Shown here: positions 49,954 through 64,000 of the stretch, one piece after another
How the letters are laid out: each line of letters opens with the position of its first letter
Position numbering within the stretch: the stretch's first letter is position 1
NCBI GenBank assembly: GCA_013115145.1
Contig: JAAPAO010000050.1
Span: forward strand, 1-64,000
Reading direction: 5' to 3'
DNA from: Perkinsus chesapeaki ATCC PRA-425
Taxonomy: Eukaryota > Protista > Perkinsozoa
DNA length: 64,000 bases
The notes under the pieces: generated by a model
What the model was told of the DNA's origin: nothing
Seen by the model: the letters and a program-made list of their open reading frames with translations, nothing else
Database searches by the model: none
Position numbers and translations under genes: made by a program

Positions 49954-52106
49954 CTATTTTTTCGACACAGCCTGACCACCAGAGGTCCCAAGACCCATCA
50001 TAGTCTTCCAGGCGTCATAGATATACCACTGCAAACCGGTAAGAGTACCAATCATAATAATACGCGTTCCTGAAGTATCCAAAATCTCCACAGTGCGGAG
50101 CTATCCGACCCACCTAATCCCTTCATGAAAAGATTCTTCAATCCTTGCTCCGAGGCCATCTGCCCAAAGCTCTTGCCTTGGTTCTCAACCTTACCTGAGC
50201 CCATGAGTTAATAGCTAGCAGGAATAAAAGTGGGGAAAAATCCCTCGGACAGTGGGGGAAAATCTACCATATTTCCCCCGAGAAATGCCATATTTCCCCC
50301 GAAGCTCAAAGGCCTTCTCACCGAACCACCAAAAGGTTCCTCTAAAACATGCACTAACTTTCTCACATATGTTGATTCAGATATCGACGATCTCACATCG
50401 TCCCTCCTATGTCGGGCAAGAAGGGAATCTTTTCGGAATATTCCCAAACTTCTGGAAGAAATTCGGTAATGCGATAAGGAACTTGCCCGGCTCAGATGGA
50501 GGTTGCCAGCCAGTCAAAAACAGAGTACGGCGGATACACTTCACACCCATCTCTCACCCATTTGCGAGACCAAATTGTCAGCCGGCTGGGAGACAATTGC
50601 ACAGAAAACACCAGCGATGTAGCCCGAGGCGAAAGTAATGCCAAGCTGGGTTCCCTTAGAGTAAGAATCTCTAGGGTTGGTGAAGACGTGCTTGTAGAAC
50701 TTCTCAACACAGTACTCGAACCCGACAAACTTCGCCACGGTATACCTGAATCAATTAGGAACATCGCCAGAAACAAACGATGATATGAGCGAGACAGCCA
50801 AACAGCCCATAGCACAATAAATGCTATTAATTATACAGGGCGCATCAAGGTGAGAGATATAAACAAAATGGCGGAGAAGAGCTTAATTATGTGTACTATA
50901 TAGAAAACTACACCGATACAGAATAGGAACAAGAACGCAGAAATTAAATCCACTTAGCAGCGAGCCTAAAATAAGATTAGTTCGATATCTACAGCTCTAT
51001 TACGTTTTAACATAATTTACCATTCTCAACAAGCCTTCCCTCCCCTTACGGTATCTGTCTCGACCACAGCGGCACAACACTTCCAAACGGGAATCTAGTC
51101 TCCGCCTTGGTAGCGTTCATCTGCTTCAATGCCGCACCAAAAGCGGTCGGGAACGTCCCAGGTGGGGATGTCTGCACTTTAACTTTAATCATTTCCATCG
51201 GACAAAGAGCTATGTCGGCAAAGAACTCCGCAGACGCACTCGCACCCGCCCATACGAAGGCTCGGTATCTAATAAATAACAAAAAGCATTGTTCAACTCA
51301 TTTCATATAAGAGAATGAAAGATTCCCCAGAGCAACCTCAATCCGACCTCAAGATACGCCACTGAAATCACATACCGCGATCATCGCTATGAAACTGTCA
51401 TCTGGCATTTCCAATAGAAGACACTTCCCCTTACTTGGTAGCATTCTCCTGACCGAGCATGTTAGCATAGAGATCCTTGAAGACCTCGTTCAAGCCAAAC
51501 TTGAACATGCCTTGGAAATGGTAACCAATACAAGTAGGCTCCCATCCCTTGATAAGCATTCTGGCACCTAACAAGAATATATAAACAAAAATCGCTTCGC
51601 TCCGCTAACACCGGTATTGCCAATAAACTCATGTCTGGAAGGCAGAGTTCTTCACCACGCAGTTGCATTTCCGCGCAAAATTTTTCAAATCTTCAAATCC
51701 ACATTTTGCCATTTGAAAGAGACGAACAATACCATTTCCCAAACTTCGCGCGAAACCTCGCCAATGAAATTTTGGCAGGTTTAGAAAATTTTTCAGAAAC
51801 GATGAAACTCACCTTCTTCAGATGCAATGGTACGAATGCCCGAGATCAAGCTTCTGTACTTAGATGGGTTAACCTGACGACACAAAATATCTGCACGCAT
51901 GCGCAACCCACCGTGCTCACCTGCATGTTGCACTTGACAACATCGAGCGGAGTAACTGCGGTGTGGGTAAGCCCGCAGGCCAAGGCTCCGCCGGCCAGGC
52001 ACTTGGCGTAATAGGAGTTATTGTGCGGGATCGCCGGGTTGGCGTAGCGAGCATCCCAGGCGGCAGCAGCAGCTGGCTTGGACGATGATGAGCTCTTGGC
52101 GGACAT
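49954..52106 (-). CDS. PiC: Mitochondrial phosphate carrier (SLC25A3/MIR1 family)
   Basis: YYAKCLAGGALACGLTHTAVTPLDVVKCNMQ, ASAEFFADIALCPME, LWSRQIP, AGVFCAIVSQPADNLVS, RIIMIGTLTGLQWYIYDAWK. Confidence 0.95.
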
Positions 52107-53029
52107 GTTGTGTGAAGGGAGAAAAATACGCTGAAAAATGGTCATTGCTATCAGGGAAAAAGACGTTCAACGATTCGAACGATTATAGGAGAAGCAGTGC
52201 TCTCTCTCCTTCGAAGGAGACTGTGAATAATTTACGCACGATTATAACCTAACAAAGAGGGGAATGGACCTATTTAGTAATTACGAAGCATTAACAGGGT
52301 ACGCATTAGCAATTTTATAAAATCACACAAAATGTATCTTCACCGTGCGCAGTGTTCATGGCGGGTGCTCCACTGAGATGTAAAAAGCGCCCGCCCCACA
52401 GCAGCTTCCCACCGACAGGACCTTGAAACTGCTAAAAATGCAAGGGTGTTGTCTTAGAGGCGAATAAAGCCAAGGTTGAATGTAAATAATCAACGGAGTG
52501 ATCTGTTGAGTAGTTCAACAATACTAATAGCGATACTGCAAAATAAATGTGAAAATTTGAGATATTAGTAGACCATTTCTCACAGTGGTGATAATCCCAC
52601 ATGAACAAGGACCCAAACCCCATTGAAAATAACACAGCTCCTAATTCAACAGAAAACCCGAATCACAGAGAAGGACCTTCCACAATTTTACACCCAGACA
52701 TCGCCGTAACCGGAATCATCTCAGACCCGGCACAGAAGTCAACAACCTCTGCCGCAGCTCCGCCACTTGACCATACCTGACCATTATAATGAATATATAA
52801 ATAAATGATTTAATTGCAACTGATAATTATTAATAAAAGTAAATGCAATCTCGACTATATCAACAACAGAGGGAAATTTTTATCCACCATTTGAAGAAGG
52901 CGACAAATCTCGAATGCCCCCAAAGTATCTAAGCCTGTATCTTGGCTTAATCACAACGTATCTAGTGCACGCAAACCCCTGCTAGATACTTTCTCGAGCT
53001 CAACCATTTTTAACAAGCTTCGCTCCGCC

Positions 53030-57263
<4,234 letters not shown>

Positions 57264-57518
57264 TTACTATTAAACAATGCCACCACCTACCAAATTAGCA
57301 GAGATCCAACCAAAGCACCTTCGGGACGGCACCACGTAGAACAGGCCATCTACGTGCAAATGCAGGGAGTCATCTAACATAAAAAGAGCTCGCCCTAAAA
57401 TATGGCTTGCAAATATTTCCACAATGAGAATTTATGGTGCGAAAATATTGGTGAGAATTTATGGTTGGAATGAGCATGGTCTCACTGTTGGCAGTCCAAT
57501 TCCAGCCGTTTACTTATC

Positions 57519-57782
57519 ATGCGTATCATACTCTTTGCTGTTGTCCTTCCGGCTCTCGTGTCATCGCTCAATTTGCAAGGGGCTCGGAAAAAGAAAGATG
57601 CTAAGAAGAAAGATGCTGGGAGATCAAGCGATTTTGCTGGGCGTCTAGGTGAAATGCAAGCACGTCAAGACTCGAGTAATGCTGCCTTTGATGCGAGAAG
57701 AGGTAAAAGAAGAAGTCGCGGTGAGATGGGGGACTCGACCGGAGGGAGAAGAGGGGGATCAGATGGCGGTGCTGAACTGTAA
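57519..57782 (+). CDS. Small secreted basic peptide, 87 aa, divergent from CDC5L
   Basis: Signal peptide MRIILFAVVLPALVSS, then a Lys/Arg/Gly-rich mature region. Intronless ORF. Confidence 0.55.
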   Translation: MRIILFAVVLPALVSSLNLQGARKKKDAKKKDAGRSSDFAGRLGEMQARQDSSNAAFDARRGKRRSRGEMGDSTGGRRGGSDGGAEL

Positions 57783-57849
57783 GGAGGGAAAACGCTACAC
57801 TCTTGACTAGCATATTTTTAGGCTGACAAACATGCTCTCCCAAATGACG

Positions 57850-59200
57850 ACCAATTCAAGGAAAACAACCCGCAAGAAGTAGAAGCAGGAAGTAGATCAG
57901 CCTGTGAGGATTCCATAATACTTGTGACAATGCTTATCAAGGTGTGTGTGTTCATGTTATGTGTTTTGTTGTTGTTGAGTGGTGAAGTAATGATAAACCG
58001 AACCCGAGCAACTTCGCATGCTAACAGTGGTGCTCTTACGTATCTTGACCGAGCTGGATTGCAGCAAAATAGCATCGTTACGACATAGCCCGACCAGTAA
58101 TCTCACAATGTACAGTGATTCATAGCAGAGCTCCTCACAAGGTGGGTCAGAGCAAACTGTTTGGCTAAGCAAATAACTCGACCTTAAAAATATCCTGAGA
58201 GGCTTGCGGAGCACAACACAGTACAGCCACCCCGCACAAGCTGGTGTCATGGCGTGGAACAACTCAAGGCTCGGAAATGGTGTAGAACACGGAATGGCTC
58301 CTTCGTGGATGTCATCGTCGATTCTTCTGGCGAACTCTCCACAAACCGATATGGGAGTCGTGATACCTGAATTGGAACAGGAACTTGTGAACTTGAACTA
58401 GTGATAAGGCTGGACTCACAGGATTCTAGGAACGAGACAAACCTGACTCTCCGATGGATATGTAATAGCTTCTCACTGTCAGTGAGTGACCTGCGATGTG
58501 ATTAAATCCATTGGCATCTTAACGCATCGGAAAGCATGGTGATGTCCCGAAAAAGGATGCTTATATCTGGTCTGTTCCTCGTTATTCATTTATATCGGCA
58601 AGACCATGGCTCAACATGCCGCGTCATCGTGGGCTCCGATCATAGAAGAGATATATTGCATTATTTGATAAGAACGCATATTTGCCGACTGAAATGGTGT
58701 AAGCTATCCTAGTGGCTTGCGACAATATTAAATGATGCGAGCTACGTTATGTAGGGTGTCAGTCTGACGCTGGCAGAGAATCATAAGAATCTCTCAGTAT
58801 CTGTGCGCATCTCGGCGATCGCTGCTAGCTCTGACAGTAATTCGACGGGCTTTAATCATACACCCTGTTGGTTAAAGCACACCGGTTCCTTACGGAATGA
58901 CACGAGAATCACTGTTGTTCGGAAAAAAGTATTGTCTGACATAGTACGTCGTTGGGCCACAGGGCAGACCTGACTGTCTCCCAAATACTTGGGGCGCGTC
59001 ATCGCTCGAGGTTCGACTACTTTGCAGTTGCTTAACCTCAACGGAGTACGGTGTGTTTGATACGTTCCACGCGTATGCTTCTTGCACTATCTACATGGAC
59101 CAGATAGAGTTTATCCGGCGTGCTGTCCCTATATAGTCCAGCCACTGCTGAAGCACTGTCTCCAAAGTCTCCAGCTCTCCCGACGACCACATAAATCATA
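57850..59200 (-). CDS. Possible multi-exon hypothetical gene (cysteine-containing)
   Basis: Several short minus-strand open segments (58890-59087, about 58250-58400, 57957-58180) bounded by plausible splice sites; no family recognised. Confidence 0.25.
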
Positions 59201-59734
59201 AGTCGTGGTGCCGCTACTATTACCAGCCACTATCGAGCGTGAACTCTCATGCCGCGTTTAGTGGCAGATATCCCTCGCTTGAGAAATGGCGGTTAATGAT
59301 TTTCGAAGATGCTAGAGTTCAGCGGTTGCCTCTCAATGGGGACTTTCTAGTGACGCCTAGAGACACCATGGAGCCGCACAGTTGCGCCAAGTGGCATAAC
59401 ATGACGTTGGGTGGCTCAATATGTGAATAATACTGTATATTTTTCGGGGTCACAGCTCATCGCTCAATACAAATTATCAATGCCCTATGGGGAGATCGAC
59501 AAGTATTACACAGCGCTTCTGTGATCGGATCAGTTTTCGTTGAAGTCACGCTTGGAGACAAAGGCTCCATATAATGGGGCGTCTACCACTAAGCGAGTTT
59601 TTCGGCAACTCCCGAGTAAGGAGGCCACTCCATGCAGTCAGCTATGATACACCTTTTGACCGGAATTCTTTTGACATGCTCTTTATGCACCATGAGGGAA
59701 CTTAAGCTTCAAGATATTGAGAATATCGCTAGGT

Positions 59735-60356
59735 ATGGAAGTCCACCCATCGTCTTATCCGGATCCCGTTTTCCGTGCACTGCTCTTCGGACTTTGTGTA
59801 ATCGCTGAAAACAGTGATCCAGCCTTTGTCCATCGGATGGACTCCATCCGGGCTATAAGTTGCGTTCTCAGGTACAATGCCGGGCCATTCGTTACCCTCG
59901 GAGGTACAGTATCGCAGTTGGGAATCAAGTATTCGTAGCTTTACTTTAGGGGCCTGTTATGATAAGCCCATCGGAAAATGCTCATTCAACGATACTACTG
60001 GGCGCGTGGAAGGATGTCATTGTTTGGAACCGGCGTTCGTCGCGTTCACACAGGTAGCTTTCTAGAACCATTTACCTGCTATTCTCTACAGTACCATAAA
60101 TACTTTCAGGAGAAGACTGGTGATATCTCGGTTATTTGCACTGAAATATGTGATCCAGGGACGTGTCCTAAGGCTCCAAAAAAGGCTGGCGAGTGTGTGC
60201 CAACGTCGCTGCTGCCCGCTTGTCTAGTGACTTGCGTGAACGATAACGTGAGTGAAATGATGAAGTGTGTTACATTGTGTTGAGTGTCAGGACTGTCTCG
60301 ATACGGCCTTCTGTAATCCGTTAGGAGATACAGGCATTTGTATGTACCACCCTTAG
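59735..60356 (+). CDS. Cysteine-rich, probably secreted protein (start uncertain)
   Basis: Spliceable segments ACYDKPIGKCSFNDTTGRVEGCHC, ICTEICDPGTCPKAPKKAGECVPTSLLPACLVTCVNDN and DCLDTAFCNPLGDTGICMYHP stop. Confidence 0.45.
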
Positions 60357-61139
60357 CTCTGGTGGTAACTTGACGATGGCTGCTTCTTCATTTTTTTCAA
60401 GTGCGGCCCTGGTATAGTCGTACGCGGTACTGTATATGCCTCAATTGCCGCCTATTAGTTTGTCGTAATGACCGATTATAGCTAGTTGTAGGTAAACGCG
60501 TTTATTACTTACTATTAGTAAGTCCCTGTCAGAGCCACGATGGTGGCTTACTTAACTGCTGGCAATGATGCCATCAGGTCACCAACGAGGTTTAGTTGCG
60601 TTAGCTCACCGTCAATAAACTCCTGGCTATTGTTAAATTGTTGGTAAACTCTTGACACGCTTGAGTAACTTGTGTCTGCCGGAAATCTTGGGGATACATC
60701 ATAAAAGGCATCCATTAAAAAAAGCACCGTATATTATCCTTTCATACTACTCGGGAGCCATTACATCGAACGCAATACACCAGCAAACGTCAACAGTGAG
60801 ATTCCCGCCATAAAGGCAGGGCAAGCGACCGGCAGATGGTCCCCTGAATCACCAGAAACGTACAGACGCTCCCTTCTCTTAAGAGACGAACCAATACGTC
60901 CTGGTTCCAAGGCCGCCGATCTCTATTAAGATGGACTGGTTGCCACTCTGATTCGAACTGCGATTATTGCTTCCTCAGTAAGCGTGAAAACAAAGTGGTC
61001 CATCAAATGAAGCCTCCCTCACCGTTATGCAACGTGTCATATGCAACGTAACATGATACGTGTTTTCATCATTATGGGGGTTTGGGAACCATTTTTCTGG
61101 TCATAATTCCTCCGAGAGTCACATTCTCATCCATATTAA

Positions 61140-61290
61140 TCATCTCCTTCTCTTTGGTGACTCAATCTGGGCCTCGGTAGGTCTTCTGGTTTCCTTCCAA
61201 GACCTGGTCAACAAAAGGCGAACGCTAGCTGATAACACAACAACGACAAAAACGATCGTCATTTCCATGGCGCGTGCTGATCGCCGCTAA
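61140..61290 (-). pseudogene. Diverged duplicate of the PDZ gene terminal transmembrane exon
   Basis: RRSARAMEMTIVFVVVVLSASVRLLL...stop parallels RWRSLRFMGIMIVVLVVLLSSSVHLVL...stop at 62128-62260. Confidence 0.45.
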
Positions 61291-62018
61291 TAGCAGTTTC
61301 TCGATATGGTTTACGATATTTATTATTGATATTGATTTACTATAAGTATTCATATCATTTACTATAGACTAGTTGGTACTGAATATAGTGTGATATCGTT
61401 CGTTCCATTGTTCTACAGCAATTCAGGGACATGCTGGAACGGTAGTTTTTTTCCCTGCTATTTCTTCAAGTTCGTCAACTGATATCAAAACACTGCAGAA
61501 CTTGTGCTGCACAACCTATTCTGTACGCTGGTACAATTCTCCCTCCTTAACGTTGCTCTATTGCACTCATTGGACTCCCCCATCGTTTCTACTGACATGG
61601 TTATGTCTCCTTTGCGTTGCTCTCCTGCGTCTACTGGGCTCCCCAATCGTATATGCTGTCACTGTCCTGGTTCCTTTGTGCTACCTTTCCCGCGCTGGTT
61701 CGTTAGCCTAAATGGGCCCAAAAATTGTGTTGCTTCCAGTATCATGACTACCCCGACTCGGCCATATGCTATAGCGTAAGTGGTACGATTGTCTGTATGT
61801 ACGCGCCGCCCTCCACGCGCCTTGTTCATTCACTTCAGTTGGTCATCCCTCTCCACGTCACTCTAGTGCGGCTCTGTTATACCCTTGCCATCATCATTTT
61901 CTCTACGCCTTATGCCACAGTTGCTTATCATTCAACGGTTTTAAGCGGTTCAGCCATCAATGAAGCCGAATCGGCAGCTTCATCTGCCGTTTCAAAGCTG
62001 TTGAGAGGATTCTCTTTT

Positions 62019-62119
62019 GAGGTATAGTTGGGTTGTTATTAACAACCCAACTATACCTCTCAAAGCTCAGCTACCTCTCAGTACTCAAAGCTATTAACAA
62101 CTTGTTAATAGCTTTGAGT
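62019..62119. repeat. Two adjacent perfect palindromes with 1-nt centres (20-bp and 18-bp arms)
   Basis: GAGGTATAGTTGGGTTGTTA-T-TAACAACCCAACTATACCTC (62019-62059) and ACTCAAAGCTATTAACAA-C-TTGTTAATAGCTTTGAGT (62083-62119). Confidence 0.97.
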
Positions 62120-62127
62120 GCCATCAA

Positions 62128-64000
62128 TCAAGGTGTACTTGGCGATATAACCGAGGGAGTCTTATCTCTAAACTCGTCCAACACAAGATGAACACTACTT
62201 GACAACAGAACAACCAAAACAACGATCATGATTCCCATGAAGCGTAGGGATCGCCACCGATAATAAACGTACAATCAATAGAAATCGAGTCTTGTAATTG
62301 CTTTCCAATAGCATCGAAAGCCGTGTTGCCATTCACTGCTACCAGCATATCGCCTAAGAGCGGTGAAACAGCTGCGAGAGGCTCAGTATGAAAACACACC
62401 TATTGATAGCGATTGACAAAGCTCATTGTTTTCCATCTCAATTGCGACGGGTGATTGCTTAACGATGGACTCCACTATTCGGCTTATGCTGACAAACCCT
62501 CAGAAGAGCAGAGAGTCCTTTAACATACCCGCACTGAAACTCCGATCGCTTCCATCCGAATCCCCACGGTATAGATCTGTCTGGTCGCACAAATGATAAA
62601 CGGTACCTCGAGGAAAGCCTCCAACAAAGCTGAACAGTTCTGCGTACTTGACAGTGCCAACGGTTTCACCGAGTCTGTTCACATTCCGAAGGACCTTCAG
62701 CCCTACCATTGTATCATTGCTCCGCGCTAGATTCACCAATCGGTTTTCGGTATCATCATCACCGACGAGGACTATGCGATCACCAATCGCGAGCTGAACG
62801 GAAAATAAAAAGGCTCGGTTGTTTCTGCGTAACCAACCTCGCTGTCCGGACTTCCAATTCGAGTGATGACACCGGTCGATGACTCAAAGGAAATGCCCCA
62901 TGGATCTTGGGCAGTTCGTCGGGTGATCACAACAGGCACTACGATCTGCCGTGGTGACACTAAAACGTAAAATGCAGATCGAACCCGGATAGGAGGAGCT
63001 ACTCCAGACGTCGTGCGGGTCATTGCTGGCATGCCGTCGGAACGTAACGACATCAACCTCAACTATCTCATCATCTGTGAGGACTTTAAGGATGCCTGGG
63101 AAGCCCCACTGATAGCAAGAATCTGGGACAGGGCAGCGACACAACTGCGTACTATAACCCAACATAGCCTCGTTCACCTCGATGATGCTTCGCCGCGATG
63201 ATGCGATCTCCTTCGCATATATCATCTGTCGCCCAGGCCGGTGAGCCCTCTTTTACGCCTTTCACGATCGCCGTAGTGTCCCCAGAATTCATCAAAGACA
63301 AACCCCACAGTATATCCTTGCTTTCCCGCACTAGAGCCACGTGAACCTGACGGAGCAGCTAACGTGCACTCCGATCAAAATCCTCACCGAACCAGCTGCG
63401 GCATTCTCATACAGTTCCGATAGGAAATTCCGCACCAGACGGCTTGTTGACTGCTCGGCAACGGAGGGACTATCCTTCACTATGGTTTCCGTGCATTCCA
63501 GCGCCTCTAGCCGCTGCTGCGCTGTAAACAGGGACTTCCGCAAAACCTCAGTCACTATAATTTCCTCAACGGGCCTCTGCGGAAGCTCGCCGTCACCGTT
63601 GTTCTCTTGTACGCCGTCGCCGCCAAACGAGGCCCTCTCCAGGGTGGGCGGATCGTTCCGACTGTTGGCTGGCCTAGCGTGCTTTTCAAGTTCGGCTTCC
63701 TTCACTTCGCGTTCAATTATGGGTATCGACTGGGTGAGTTCAACTTGTGAAATCTGCTCCTTATTGCTTCTCTGTTCCTCTTCGGTTGATATCTTCGCTA
63801 GCTTCTTAGGGATTGGAGGCAACGGCGGTGGAGGGCGAAAGTAAGCAGGCTCGGAGATATCGGGAGTCGTCGGCGAGATTCCGTCAACGCATCGTATCTG
63901 ACCAACCACACTCCCCTTGGCCACCGATGACAGGCCTGACCAGCTGTATCGTGATGAAGTGTTGATCGGCATCACGAAGCTCTGCAGCAATATCTTCAAT
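62128..64000 (-). CDS. Multi-PDZ-domain protein with probable C-terminal TM anchor, 5' partial, carrying a 16-nt frameshifting insertion
   Basis: PDZ carboxylate-binding-loop-like motifs ILWGLSL, DPWGISF and IPWGFGW; GSPAW...GDRII/EVNE; LAIGDRIV; proline-rich N-terminal region. The gene runs off the window. Confidence 0.6.

Noticed and set aside
50208-50447. ORF with GGNM repeat as a C-terminal extension of the phosphate carrier
   Set aside because: Lies inside a PiC intron; the 15-bp direct repeat (50267, 50288) is a small local duplication.

Overview
Intron-rich eukaryotic nuclear DNA with many short GT-AG introns. It is most consistent with a perkinsid alveolate such as Perkinsus; this is an inference from gene structure and content, not verified. 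Recognisable genes: a Slo/BK-type K+ channel (+), PRP8 (-), an EF-hand protein (+), a probable mitochondrial RAP-domain protein (+), a co-directional minus-strand run of CDC5L, mitochondrial phosphate carrier, hisC-family aminotransferase and UGGT, several small secreted proteins, and a partial multi-PDZ membrane protein (-). No rRNA, intact tRNA, CRISPR array or autonomous transposon was seen. The most unusual non-coding signals are: (1) long perfect palindromes with a single central base, often paired and near gene 3' ends; (2) two inverted TG...CA elements (solo LTR or MITE) bracketing a secreted-protein ORF with an in-frame TGA; (3) several degenerate tRNA/B-box relics; (4) a 110-bp copy of UGGT coding sequence inside a hisC intron; (5) exact motifs shared between introns of unrelated genes; (6) apparent frameshifts in the RAP and PDZ genes. 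Exon boundaries were traced by eye and gene spans are approximate.
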